Shown here piece after piece: positions 19,052 through 27,844 of a stretch of DNA of 64,000 nt. The DNA is from an uncultured Ignavibacteriales bacterium (GTDB lineage: Bacteria; Zixibacteria; MSB-5A5; GN15; FEB-12). Location: positions 19,973 through 83,972 of the forward strand of contig CAZJCK010000003.1 in the NCBI GenBank assembly GCA_964544635.1, read 5' to 3'. How positions within the stretch are numbered: the stretch's first letter is position 1; every line of letters begins with the position of its first letter. Under the pieces are notes generated by a model. The model saw only the letters and a program-made list of their open reading frames with translations. It did not search any database and was not told the DNA's origin. Position numbers and translations under genes: made by a program.

Positions 19052-19685
19052 ATTCCTGAATCAGACTGTCGACCCGGGCGGGGTCGAGCAGTTCACTGCT
19101 GCCGGTGGTTTCATACAATGGGGTGGCTTCCTGAACATTGACCGTCACGGCCACCACCCAGGCATCGCGGTAACCGGCCGTCCGGGCACGCATCAGGTAG
19201 TCGTCGGCGGTATCCCGGTTGCCGAACGAACCGACGCGGACCTTGAAGTAGGGTACTTCGTACTCGAGAAAAACCGGCCGATCGAAGATCTCCTCGGCGA
19301 CGCGGACCTGGTAGCGGGCATCGCCGTATACCTTGGTCGTATACAACTGCACGCGGAAGGCCTGCGAGTTGAGGGTGTCGATGGCCGACGGCGGGATCGG
19401 GGCGAGCAGGGTGTCGACCATCAGGCTGTCGGGGATAGCGTCGCCGGTCGCCAGATCGGTCTGGCCGAGGACGACATCGCCCGGCTGGGGGTACGTTTTC
19501 GGGACAACCACACGATCGGCCTCGAGTGCCAGCGGATCAAAACGGGTCGGCGGCGCCGGTTGTTCGTCCGGTGATCGCTCTTCTTCCGGTTCATCCTGTT
19601 TGAATATCTGGCCGCACCCGGCCACCAGCGCAAAAAGCAGGAGCGTCAGCAGTGTCAGTTTATAGATAGTCGCGGTGTTTCTCAT
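19038..19685 (-). CDS. SPOR-domain lipoprotein
   Basis: Lipobox LVAGC. C-terminal FRVQLYTT...YFKVRVGSFGNRDTADDYL is a SPOR repeat. Confidence 0.75.
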   Translation of the reverse strand: MRNTATIYKLTLLTLLLFALVAGCGQIFKQDEPEEERSPDEQPAPPTRFDPLALEADRVVVPKTYPQPGDVVLGQTDLATGDAIPDSLMVDTLLAPIPPSAIDTLNSQAFRVQLYTTKVYGDARYQVRVAEEIFDRPVFLEYEVPYFKVRVGSFGNRDTADDYLMRARTAGYRDAWVVAVTVNVQEATPLYETTGSSELLDPARVDSLIQEYEGN

Positions 19686-20739
19686 CTTTGTCCAGTTGTG
19701 CGAGGAGCTTCTTGATCTCTCCCGCTTTGGTCTTGTGCGTTACCATTGTGATATCTCCGCACTGCACGACGACGAGGTCGGAGACACCGAGGCAGGCGAC
19801 GATACCGTCACCCTGATTATACACCGTCGTCTCGTAGGTGTCCTCAAAGACGACGTCACCAACGATAACATTGTTGTCGCGGTCGCGATCCATGTATCGG
19901 GAGAGGGCGTTCCAGCCGCCGATATCGTCCCAGACAATGTCAGCCTTGATCGTGAGCACGTTGTCGGCGTTTTCGAGGACGGCGAAATCGATCGAGATGG
20001 CGGTCGCCTTGTCGTACAGTTCGTTGCGGGCCTTCTGTTCATTGGCGGTGCCGATCTGCTTTTCGTATGCACTCAACAGATCACCGAGGTCGGGGTTATA
20101 CTTTTCGATGGCGCTGTAGATAGCCTTGGCCGACCAGACGAACATGCCGGAATTCCAGAGGTACTTGTGGCTGTAGTAGTAATCGTGGGCCACCTCGGCG
20201 CGCGGCTTCTCGGTAAAGGCGGCCACCTGGTGGACAACATGATCCCCCTGGTGGCGATAAGGATCACCCAGCTTGATGTAGCCGTAGCCGGTTTCGGGGC
20301 GAGTGGGGACGATGCCGATGGTGATCAGGCGGTCCTCGACGGCGGCTATGGCGGCTCCTTCTTCCAGAATCTGGCGCAGTTTGTCGGCCGGGCGAATCAG
20401 GTGGTCGGCGGAGAGGACGACCATGACGGCGTCGGGGTCGATATGACGCAGGTGGACCGCGGCCAGACCAATGGCGGCACAGGTGTTCCGCCCGACCGGC
20501 TCGGTCAGCAGGTTGTCGCCGGCGATTGACGGCATTTCTGAACGGATCATATCGGCCATCGATTCGCCGGTGACGATACGGATGCGATCCTGCGGGATGA
20601 GGGGCAGGACACGGTCGATTGTTTCCTCCAGCATGGTGCGGTCGGAAGTGAGTTTTAGAAACTGTTTGGGCCGGTTACGTCGCGACAACGGCCAGAACCG
20701 TTCGCCGCGTCCACCGGCCAAAATGACGCCATAAATCAC
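19660..20739 (-). CDS. Mannose-1-phosphate guanylyltransferase
   Basis: GVILAGGRGERFWPLSR nucleotidyltransferase motif. Start re-called to the GTG at 20739, preceded by GAAAGGAAA. The track start at 20967 adds about 75 aa of implausible sequence. Confidence 0.85.
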   Translation of the reverse strand: MIYGVILAGGRGERFWPLSRRNRPKQFLKLTSDRTMLEETIDRVLPLIPQDRIRIVTGESMADMIRSEMPSIAGDNLLTEPVGRNTCAAIGLAAVHLRHIDPDAVMVVLSADHLIRPADKLRQILEEGAAIAAVEDRLITIGIVPTRPETGYGYIKLGDPYRHQGDHVVHQVAAFTEKPRAEVAHDYYYSHKYLWNSGMFVWSAKAIYSAIEKYNPDLGDLLSAYEKQIGTANEQKARNELYDKATAISIDFAVLENADNVLTIKADIVWDDIGGWNALSRYMDRDRDNNVIVGDVVFEDTYETTVYNQGDGIVACLGVSDLVVVQCGDITMVTHKTKAGEIKKLLAQLDKDEKHRDYL

Positions 20740-20900
20740 GGATTTCCTTTCAACGTTCACCTGTAATTGCCTATAGGTACGGGAGTTAAGGTTTGCAGTC
20801 AAGTTAAAGATGGGGTCCGCCGCGGGTTTACGTCGACCCAACACGGATTTAGACCAAGCTGGTCGACGTTGTTGGGAACTGTTCGGTGGCGTCCGGCGTT

Positions 20901-20916
20901 TGTGAAGATATTCACA
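20901..20916. promoter_or_regulatory. Perfect CRP/FNR-family type palindrome TGTGA-N6-TCACA
   Basis: TGTGAagatatTCACA lies in the divergent intergenic region, 28 nt upstream of the ATG at 20944. Confidence 0.4.
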
Positions 20917-20943
20917 TAGCTTCTCGCACCTGGAGGTGTCGGC

Positions 20944-21987
20944 ATGGTAAAAAAGCAATCGAAGCATACGGCGGGACTACTAATTTCTCCGACGAAGACA
21001 GGCGCGGCGGCAACAGTCGGGGGCGGCATGTTTTTGTCGGCGGCGCTCATCTCACTGTTTGTCAGACCAATCATTGATGCACAGCCGGATGCAACCCTGC
21101 TGGCGGCGGCGCTGCTGTTCGATCTGGTGATTGCGGTGCCGGCGCTGGTCTACGCAACGCTTGTTCGGGCCGGACGGTTGCGTCCGCTCTTCCTCATTCC
21201 AATTGCTGTAGCCGGATACGCAACGGCGGCTGCGACCATGCCCGATCAGGAGGCACTGTTTGATATGGTGCGGCCGTTGGTCGGACTGGTCGAGCTGGCC
21301 ATAGTCGGCTGGTTGATCTGGCGCGTCAAACGTGGGCTTGCGGCGCATTCGGGTAGCGGCGACTTTGCAGGCAGCTTACGTGAGTCGCTGCTGCGTATGA
21401 CCGGCAACCGGGTAGCAGCGGGGATAATCGCGACCGAGGTAGCGTTGCTGTACTATGCATTGCGCTGGCCGCGACAGTCACACAGTCAAGCTGGGTTTAC
21501 GGTGCATCGAGACGCCGGATATAGCGCGGTGGTGATCGGTTTGATCGGGTTACTGGCGGTCGAAACGGCTGTCGTGCATGTCGTGTTGTTGCAATGGAGT
21601 GCAACGACAGCATGGATACTGTCAGCGCTGAGTGTGTACGCGGTAATTTGGTTTGTGGGGGATTACCGGGCACTGTCGGCACGATCGATCGTACTCACCA
21701 AAGAGGCATTGCAGCTGCACATCGGATTGCGCTGGGAGGCGACAGTTCCGTATCGACTGATCGAGACCGTCGAGACTGTGAAAGAGGCGCCGGAAGTCCT
21801 GTCGAAATCATCGCTGAAGATTGATATGATGGGGCAGGTCAATGTGCGGATAAGACTGCGCGAGACGACCGAGGTGATCGGTATGTACGGCATACGGCGT
21901 CGTGTCGATGAGATCTTGTTGCAGGTGGATGATGCGGGACGGTTTCTGGGGGAGGTGAAGGAGAATCGCGGGGCAGGTTCCTTGTGA
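20944..21987 (+). CDS. Hypothetical polytopic membrane protein with a soluble C-terminal domain
   Basis: 347 aa with several TM segments. RBS GGAGG lies 7 nt before the ATG. The stop codon lies inside a repeat-element copy. Confidence 0.5.
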   Translation: MVKKQSKHTAGLLISPTKTGAAATVGGGMFLSAALISLFVRPIIDAQPDATLLAAALLFDLVIAVPALVYATLVRAGRLRPLFLIPIAVAGYATAAATMPDQEALFDMVRPLVGLVELAIVGWLIWRVKRGLAAHSGSGDFAGSLRESLLRMTGNRVAAGIIATEVALLYYALRWPRQSHSQAGFTVHRDAGYSAVVIGLIGLLAVETAVVHVVLLQWSATTAWILSALSVYAVIWFVGDYRALSARSIVLTKEALQLHIGLRWEATVPYRLIETVETVKEAPEVLSKSSLKIDMMGQVNVRIRLRETTEVIGMYGIRRRVDEILLQVDDAGRFLGEVKENRGAGSL

Positions 21988-21994
21988 ACCTGAC
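21974..21994 (+). repeat. 5'-half copy of the CAGGTTCCTTGTGAACCTGAC repeat family
   Basis: caggttccttgtgaacctgac is an internal hairpin (CAGGT/ACCTG). The same core occurs at 22057, 28470 and 44011. Confidence 0.7.
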
Positions 21995-22016
21995 GCATAT
22001 CGCATTGACGGGCGGC

Positions 22017-22045
22017 ATGGGCCCCGACTCAAGGCCGGGGCGACA
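22017..22045 (+). repeat. Short relative of the ATGGGC...GGGGCGACA repeat family
   Basis: atgggccccgactcaaggccggggcgaca. Compare the 71-bp copies at 28575 and 29370. Confidence 0.5.
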
Positions 22046-22056
22046 AATTCATAGTT

Positions 22057-22081
22057 GCAGGTCAGGTTCCTTGTGATTCAC
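22057..22081 (+). repeat. 5'-half copy of the GCAGGTCAGGTTCCTTGTGA repeat family
   Basis: gcaggtcaggttccttgtgattcac. Confidence 0.7.
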
Positions 22082-22110
22082 ACGTGGATCGCATGGGTTC
22101 GATACTAACG

Positions 22111-22168
22111 GGCAGGCGAGGACGTCTGCCGCGCACAGGATTGGCAGACCGCAGCGTCTGCCGCACAC
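22111..22168. repeat. Two tandem GGCAG-N-GTCTGCCGC(G)CACA hairpin units just downstream of the ptb-like gene
   Basis: Units are ggcaggcgaggacgtctgccgcgcaca and ggcagaccgcagcgtctgccgcacac. The second folds as GGCAGAC/GTCTGCC (7 bp). No T-run follows. Confidence 0.5.
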
Positions 22169-22175
22169 GTCGGCC

Positions 22176-23120
22176 TTACACCAGCAGGCAGCAGACGGCG
22201 ATGGAGTTGTACAGTGCGCTCGGGTTGTCGTGGCGGGCGGCAAAGGCAACCGGGGTGCGACCGCCAACTAGCACACCGGCCGACTGCGCCTCGCCGAATG
22301 CTGTCATCGCTTTGTAAATGCCGTTCGCCGTGAAACTGTTCGGCGCGATCATCAGGTCGGTCTGGCCGGCCACTGTCGAGTCGGTTATCCCCTTGGCGGC
22401 GGCAGCCTCGCTGTCGATGGCGATGTCGAACGACAGCGGGCCATCGACGAACACGCCCTTGATCTGCCGACGGTTGTTCATTTGGGTCAGTATGGCGCCG
22501 TCGGTAGTAGCGTTCATCTGCGGATAGACAACCTCGACAGCTGCCAGGACGGCGGTGCGCGGGGTATCGACACCGAGCTTGCGGCAGACCGTGGCGGCGT
22601 TGTTGATGATCGCTACCTTGGTCATAGTGTCAGGTTGTTCGTTGACGACACCGTCGGAGACAAACAGCAGCTTCGGATACTTGTCGGCCTTGAGTATGGC
22701 AACGTGCGAGAGTACGGCTTTCTTCCCCACGAAACCGACCTCGTTGGACGATAGTGATGAAAGCATTTCCGACGAGCAGACATTGCCGCGGACAATGAAG
22801 TCGGCGGTACCGTCGTTGATCAGTTGCGCCGCCATGCGTACCGCTTCAAACGGCTGCTCCGCAGTCAGGCGCGAGGAATCGTCGGCGCTGAGTTGCGTCG
22901 CCTTGAGATATTCATCGATATCGGACTGCGAGCCGATCAGCACCGGCTTGATGAAACCATCGTTAACCGCATCAGCGAAGCCGGACAGCGACGGTGCGCT
23001 CGACGGTGCTACTATAGCGGCAGTCAGTGGTTCGGCTTTGGTACGTTCCTTTGCTTTCTCGACGATCCGGTCGAAGGAATGGGTATCGGGTAGTGACATG
23101 GTATTTGTCTGCATGGTCAT
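22176..23120 (-). CDS. Phosphate acyltransferase, PTA_PTB family (second paralogue)
   Basis: 314 aa with the same fold pattern as the upstream ptb (IVRGNV..., DGVVNEQP). 4-nt overlap with the upstream gene. Confidence 0.75.
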   Translation of the reverse strand: MTMQTNTMSLPDTHSFDRIVEKAKERTKAEPLTAAIVAPSSAPSLSGFADAVNDGFIKPVLIGSQSDIDEYLKATQLSADDSSRLTAEQPFEAVRMAAQLINDGTADFIVRGNVCSSEMLSSLSSNEVGFVGKKAVLSHVAILKADKYPKLLFVSDGVVNEQPDTMTKVAIINNAATVCRKLGVDTPRTAVLAAVEVVYPQMNATTDGAILTQMNNRRQIKGVFVDGPLSFDIAIDSEAAAAKGITDSTVAGQTDLMIAPNSFTANGIYKAMTAFGEAQSAGVLVGGRTPVAFAARHDNPSALYNSIAVCCLLV

Positions 23121-24079
23121 GCCTCCCGCTTCCAGACGTTGTGTTGCTCGTAATAGTCGGCAAGGACAGCCGAGATGGCGAGTGACGCTTTCTTGTTCTT
23201 GATCGTATCGGTACGCGAAACCAGTGAGACCGGCACCGAGGCGCCGACGATGACACCGGCAAAGATCGCGTTGGCGAACTGGATGAGCGACTTGGCGACG
23301 ATGTTGCCTTCCTCGATCGAGTTAACGAGGTAGACATCGGCATCGCCGATCACCGGTCCGGTCGCGCCCTTCAATTCGCCGGCTTCTTTCGAGGTTGCAA
23401 GATCGAGCGAGAGCGGCCCCTGGATGATGCAATCGTCGAACCTGGCCTGGGCGTCCCTGGCGAATGCCGACGCCTCCACCCCGCCGGTGACTGCGACTTT
23501 GACCGGCGACAATCCGAGGGCGCGGGCGCTTAAAAGAGCGTTCTCGAGAATCTGCATGCGTTGCTCGGTGTCGGGAGCCGGCACCATGCCGCCGTCAGTG
23601 AAGTTCAACAGCTTGTGGTAGCCGGGAATGTCGAGGACGGCGCAATGCGACAGCGTGTTGGCCTGGCGCAGGTTGTACTGTTTGTCGAGGACCGTCTTGA
23701 GGAGCGCCGAGGTGGGGATGAACCCTTTCATCATCACCTGCGCCTCGCCATCGGAGGCGAACTTGACGGCGGCGTGTGCCGCCCTCATCGGATCGACTTC
23801 GTTAACCACGCGCAGGTTGCCGATGTCGATCTTCTGTTCCGATGCGAGCTGTTCGATTTTTTCTCTATCGCCGACGAGGATGCCGTCGAGGAAGCCGTCC
23901 GCGTTGGCTTCCGCTACCGCACCGATAACGTCGGCATCCTGTGCCGCAGCGACGGCGACAGTTTTCTTGCGGCCTTCCCTGGCGACCTGGATCGCCCGTT
24001 CAATCAAAGCGTCGGCCGAGGTGATACGTTGCGACGCAATCTCGGCATCGCCGGTTGGTGTCATACGGTTCATGCTCAA
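23117..24079 (-). CDS. ptb: Phosphate butyryltransferase
   Basis: 320 aa with MMKGFIPTSALLKTVL and TDGGMVPAPD motifs. Sits next to buk. Confidence 0.8.
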   Translation of the reverse strand: MSMNRMTPTGDAEIASQRITSADALIERAIQVAREGRKKTVAVAAAQDADVIGAVAEANADGFLDGILVGDREKIEQLASEQKIDIGNLRVVNEVDPMRAAHAAVKFASDGEAQVMMKGFIPTSALLKTVLDKQYNLRQANTLSHCAVLDIPGYHKLLNFTDGGMVPAPDTEQRMQILENALLSARALGLSPVKVAVTGGVEASAFARDAQARFDDCIIQGPLSLDLATSKEAGELKGATGPVIGDADVYLVNSIEEGNIVAKSLIQFANAIFAGVIVGASVPVSLVSRTDTIKNKKASLAISAVLADYYEQHNVWKREA

Positions 24080-25143
24080 TACTCCTTGAGCTGTTCTTCG
24101 CCGGTGAGGAAGCGACGTCCGGCGGCAGCCAGCGCCTCCATTTCGTATTCGCCCGGAATGACGACAAACTCGCCGAGAAAACCGGCGTAGGTATGGATGA
24201 TGTCGACGAGCCGCTTGGAGTGGGCCATGCCGCCGGTGAGGATGATCGCCTTGTAGTCGCCCTTGAGAGCGGTGGCGGCGACAGCGATCTCCTTGGCGAT
24301 CTGGTAGCCCATGGCGGTGAAATAGAGCAGCGCTTTTTCGTCGCCGCCGTCGATTATCTCCTCCACCTTGCGAAGGTCGGCCTCGCCGAGGTAAGCAACC
24401 AGACCGGATTTCTTCGACAGCTTGTCGATCATCTCTTTCTCGGTATACTCACCGGAGTAGCAGAGTTTGACAAGACCGCCGATGGGAAGGGCGCCGGCGC
24501 GGTCGGGCGAAAACGGTCCCATCCCCAACAGGGCGTCGTTGACATCGACCACTCTGCCTTTCTCCAGCGCCGCGACCGAGACCCCGCCACCCATGTGGAC
24601 GGCGACAAAGTTGATCTCATTGAGTTTGCGTCCGCGCTTCTCGGCCTCGCGGCGGCAGACCTCCTTGATGTTGAGGGCGTGGACCCGGCACTTGCGTTCG
24701 ATTTCCGGCACGCCGGAAATCCGGGCGATGTCGGTGAAGTTGTCGACGGTGATCGGGTCGGAGATCATCGATGCTACTTTGTACCGTTCGCCCAGGTGAT
24801 GGGCGATGATACTGCCGAGATTGGAGGCATGGTTGGAGTAGACAGCGTGCCGCACGTCGTACAGGAGCTGCGGCGAGATGGTGTACGATCCGCCTTCGAG
24901 CGGCTTGAGCGGGGCGCCGCGACCGACCACCACCTTCGGTTGGTCGCCGTTGAGGTCAAGACCGTCAAGCCACCGGTTGATGCTCTCCATGCGGTAGTCG
25001 AATTGTTCGGCGACGTTGTCGAATTTGGCCAGTTCGTTGGGGTCGTGGCGGACCACTTCCTCGGACTCGATGATATCGTCGTTGAAGCAGGCTACCTTGG
25101 TCGAGGTCGAACCGGGATTGATAACGAGAATTCTGTCTCCCAC
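24076..25143 (-). CDS. buk: Butyrate (branched-chain acyl) kinase
   Basis: ILVINPGSTSTK ASKHA motif. Start re-called to the GTG at 25143, with AGGAGG 6 nt upstream. Confidence 0.9.
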   Translation of the reverse strand: MGDRILVINPGSTSTKVACFNDDIIESEEVVRHDPNELAKFDNVAEQFDYRMESINRWLDGLDLNGDQPKVVVGRGAPLKPLEGGSYTISPQLLYDVRHAVYSNHASNLGSIIAHHLGERYKVASMISDPITVDNFTDIARISGVPEIERKCRVHALNIKEVCRREAEKRGRKLNEINFVAVHMGGGVSVAALEKGRVVDVNDALLGMGPFSPDRAGALPIGGLVKLCYSGEYTEKEMIDKLSKKSGLVAYLGEADLRKVEEIIDGGDEKALLYFTAMGYQIAKEIAVAATALKGDYKAIILTGGMAHSKRLVDIIHTYAGFLGEFVVIPGEYEMEALAAAGRRFLTGEEQLKEY

Positions 25144-25153
25144 GGTTGTCCTC

Positions 25154-25756
25154 CTATGCCTCCACTTGTTCGAGCGTGGTGCCGACACCGCGTTCGAACG
25201 CCTTGAGGTTGATTTCGACGAAGCGCTCCTTGACGCGTGACTTGATCGTCTGGCTCCAGATCTCGCGCTCGAACGGCAGGTAGTTCGAGAGGGTGCCGAG
25301 CAGGATGGTGTTGACCAGACGCGGGTTGCCGAGTTCGCCGGCGATCTTGTCGGCAGGAACGTCGATAACCTTCTGCGCCTTCTTCTTCATCTGCGCGATG
25401 GCGTCGTGGGGATACGTGAATTTCTTGTTGGCGGTGACGATGGCCGGCACCAGTTTGGTTTGCGAAACGATCGCCACACCGTCCTTCTTCATCCAGTCCA
25501 TAGCGCGGAGGCCCTCGGCCGATTCGAAGGCCATGAGGACATCCACCCGGCCGTACTGGATGGTCGGGCTGTAGACCTTGGGGCCGATCTTGATGTGCGA
25601 CGAGACGATGCCGCCGCGCTGGCTCATACCGTGGACTTCGGATTTCTTGACGTCCAGCCCTGAGCGCATGGCTGCCTCGGAGATGATCTCCGAGGCGAGC
25701 AGGACACCCTGGCCGCCGACGCCGACTATCAGTATGTTGAATTCATTCTTTTCCAT
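25154..25756 (-). CDS. iorB: Indolepyruvate:ferredoxin oxidoreductase subunit beta
   Basis: 200 aa with ILIVGVGGQGVLLASEI and HGMSQRGG motifs. Confidence 0.88.
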   Translation of the reverse strand: MEKNEFNILIVGVGGQGVLLASEIISEAAMRSGLDVKKSEVHGMSQRGGIVSSHIKIGPKVYSPTIQYGRVDVLMAFESAEGLRAMDWMKKDGVAIVSQTKLVPAIVTANKKFTYPHDAIAQMKKKAQKVIDVPADKIAGELGNPRLVNTILLGTLSNYLPFEREIWSQTIKSRVKERFVEINLKAFERGVGTTLEQVEA

Positions 25757-25764
25757 GGTTGCAC

Positions 25765-27609
25765 CTATGCCTGTTCTGCCGTTTCAAAGTGACTCTTGAG
25801 GATGATCGCCTCCGGCGGGCAGATCTGCGCACAGAGCGTGCAGCCGGTACAGAGCGACGTATCGATAACCGCCTTGGGATGGCCGTGCTTGTTGGTCTCG
25901 GTCGAGGCCTCGATGGCCGGACAGGAGATGCGGAAGCAGGCGCCGCAGGCGGTGCACTTCTCGAGATCGACAACGTACGGTTCTTCCATGATCCGCTTGG
26001 GCATGAGCACGCACGGCCGTTTGGTGTGGATGACTGACGGTCCGGGAGTTTCGAGCTGTTCCTTGATGACACTGAGCACCTGGTCGTAGTCGTACGGGTC
26101 GGCCTTGACATAGTTCTTCACGCCCAGGGCGTTGACCAGCTTCTCGATGTCGATCACGCCGGCCTTTTCGCCCATCAGGGTGTAGCCGGTCGAGGGGTGC
26201 ATCTGGCCGCCGGTCATGGCGGTGGCGGAGTTGTCGAGGATGATGATGGTCACATTCGAGTGGTTGTAGATAGCGTCCATCAGACCGGTCACGCCCGAGT
26301 GCAGGAAGGTGGAGTCGCCGATGACGGCCACGGTGCCTTTCTCGGAGCCTTTCACTTTCTCCATGCCGATGGCGTTGCCGATCGACGCCCCCATGCAGAT
26401 GCAGGTGTCCATGGCGTTGAGCGGCTCCATCACGCCGAGGGTGTAGCAGCCGATGTCACCGGTGACGGCGACACCGAGTTTCTTGAGGGCCATGAAGGCG
26501 CCGCGGTGCGGACAGCCGGGACAGAGCACAGGTGGCCGCGGGAACATGTTCTCTTCGGCGAGGATTTCGGCCTGCTTGACGATGTCGATCAGGCCGGCTT
26601 CGTAAAGCCCTTCGGCAACGCGCAAGGGGTGCAACTCGCCGCGATAGCCGAAATACTTCTTTCCTTCGACTTCAATGCCGGCGGCTCGGATCTGGTCTTC
26701 GTAGAACGGTTCGAGTTCTTCGACGACGATTACGCGGTCGTGCGACTCGACGAACTGGCGAATCTTGTCTAACGGCAACGGGTAACTCATGCCGAGCTTG
26801 AAGTAGTCGAAGTCGGGGGCGACCTCCTTGGCGTACTGGTAGGCCACGCCACCGGTGATGATGCCGATCTTCGAACCGTTGTCTTCGATGACGTTGAACG
26901 GTGATTCCTCGGTGAACTTTTCGAGCCGATGGAGCCGTTCGCGCACCACCACATGGCGACCGCGGGCGTTGGACGGCACCATGACGTATTTCGACGGATC
27001 CTTGGCGAACTTGCGCTCCGGGCCGGAGTGGACGTCGCCGAGGCTGACCACGCCCTTGGAGTGCGAGATGCGGGTGGTCAGCCGGACCATGACGGGGGTG
27101 TCGAACTCCTCGGAGAGATCGTAGGCGGCGACCATCATGTCTTTGGCTTCCTGCGAGTCCGACGGTTCCAGCATCGGAATCTGGGCGAAGCGGGCGTAGA
27201 AACGGTTGTCCTGCTCGTTCTGCGACGAGTGCATTTCCGGGTCGTCGCAGGAAACCAGCACAAAGCCGCCGTTGACGCCGGTATAGGCCTGGGTCATGAA
27301 CGGATCGGCGGCGACATTGAGGCCGACATGTTTCATCGTACAGAGGGCGCGGGCGCCGCCAACTGAAGCGCCGATGGCCACTTCGTAGGCCACCTTTTCG
27401 TTGGGTGACCACTGGGAATAAATATGGCGGTAGTGAGCCGCGAGGGTCTCAAGGATTTCGGTGGACGGTGTTCCCGGGTAGGATGCGGCCAGTTTGACTC
27501 CAGCCTCATGGGCGCCCCGGGCAACCGCCTCGTTACCCGACATAAGCTCTTTTTGCATAAGTTCACCTGATGTATTTACAGACAATTTACCTTGCATAGC
27601 ACCTCCCAT
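25765..27609 (-). CDS. iorA: Indolepyruvate:ferredoxin oxidoreductase subunit alpha
   Basis: 614 aa. Has GNEAVARGA..AGV...SYPGTPSTEI, a TPP-binding region, and a C-terminal 2x4Fe-4S region (CTACGAC, CTGCTLC). The ATG at 27597 has a better RBS (GGAGGT) and may be the true start. Confidence 0.9.
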   Translation of the reverse strand: MGGAMQGKLSVNTSGELMQKELMSGNEAVARGAHEAGVKLAASYPGTPSTEILETLAAHYRHIYSQWSPNEKVAYEVAIGASVGGARALCTMKHVGLNVAADPFMTQAYTGVNGGFVLVSCDDPEMHSSQNEQDNRFYARFAQIPMLEPSDSQEAKDMMVAAYDLSEEFDTPVMVRLTTRISHSKGVVSLGDVHSGPERKFAKDPSKYVMVPSNARGRHVVVRERLHRLEKFTEESPFNVIEDNGSKIGIITGGVAYQYAKEVAPDFDYFKLGMSYPLPLDKIRQFVESHDRVIVVEELEPFYEDQIRAAGIEVEGKKYFGYRGELHPLRVAEGLYEAGLIDIVKQAEILAEENMFPRPPVLCPGCPHRGAFMALKKLGVAVTGDIGCYTLGVMEPLNAMDTCICMGASIGNAIGMEKVKGSEKGTVAVIGDSTFLHSGVTGLMDAIYNHSNVTIIILDNSATAMTGGQMHPSTGYTLMGEKAGVIDIEKLVNALGVKNYVKADPYDYDQVLSVIKEQLETPGPSVIHTKRPCVLMPKRIMEEPYVVDLEKCTACGACFRISCPAIEASTETNKHGHPKAVIDTSLCTGCTLCAQICPPEAIILKSHFETAEQA

Positions 27610-27638
27610 TGATGTGCGTTACTCCGGTTGAGAATATG

Positions 27639-27654
27639 TGTGAAATCTTTCACA
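27639..27654. promoter_or_regulatory. Perfect CRP/FNR-family type palindrome TGTGA-N6-TCACA upstream of iorA
   Basis: TGTGAaatcttTCACA lies 30-45 nt upstream of the iorA start, in the divergent intergenic region. Confidence 0.4.
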
Positions 27655-27718
27655 AAAGCAAGACCTGCAAACGGGATTTGTTGTGGCCGGATTGAGTTGG
27701 ATCAATGGACATGGATAA

Positions 27719-27747
27719 TTGACAAATATGTGGATGAATGCGATATT
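27719..27747 (+). promoter_or_regulatory. Candidate promoter for the lipoprotein gene
   Basis: TTGACA (27719..27724), a 17-nt spacer, then GATATT (27742..27747). Confidence 0.3.
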
Positions 27748-27844
27748 GAGAGCGTCTGTATGGCAGAGCGCCACGGGGCTATTCTTGAGCTGACATCGCG
27801 ATCGTGGCAGTGAATCAGGAAAACGGAATCTGGAGGGGTTTGTC

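Noticed and set aside
22085-22112. tRNA-like GGTTCGAT (T-loop-like) sequence
   Set aside because: The flanking bases do not form a T-stem or an acceptor stem, so no cloverleaf can be drawn.
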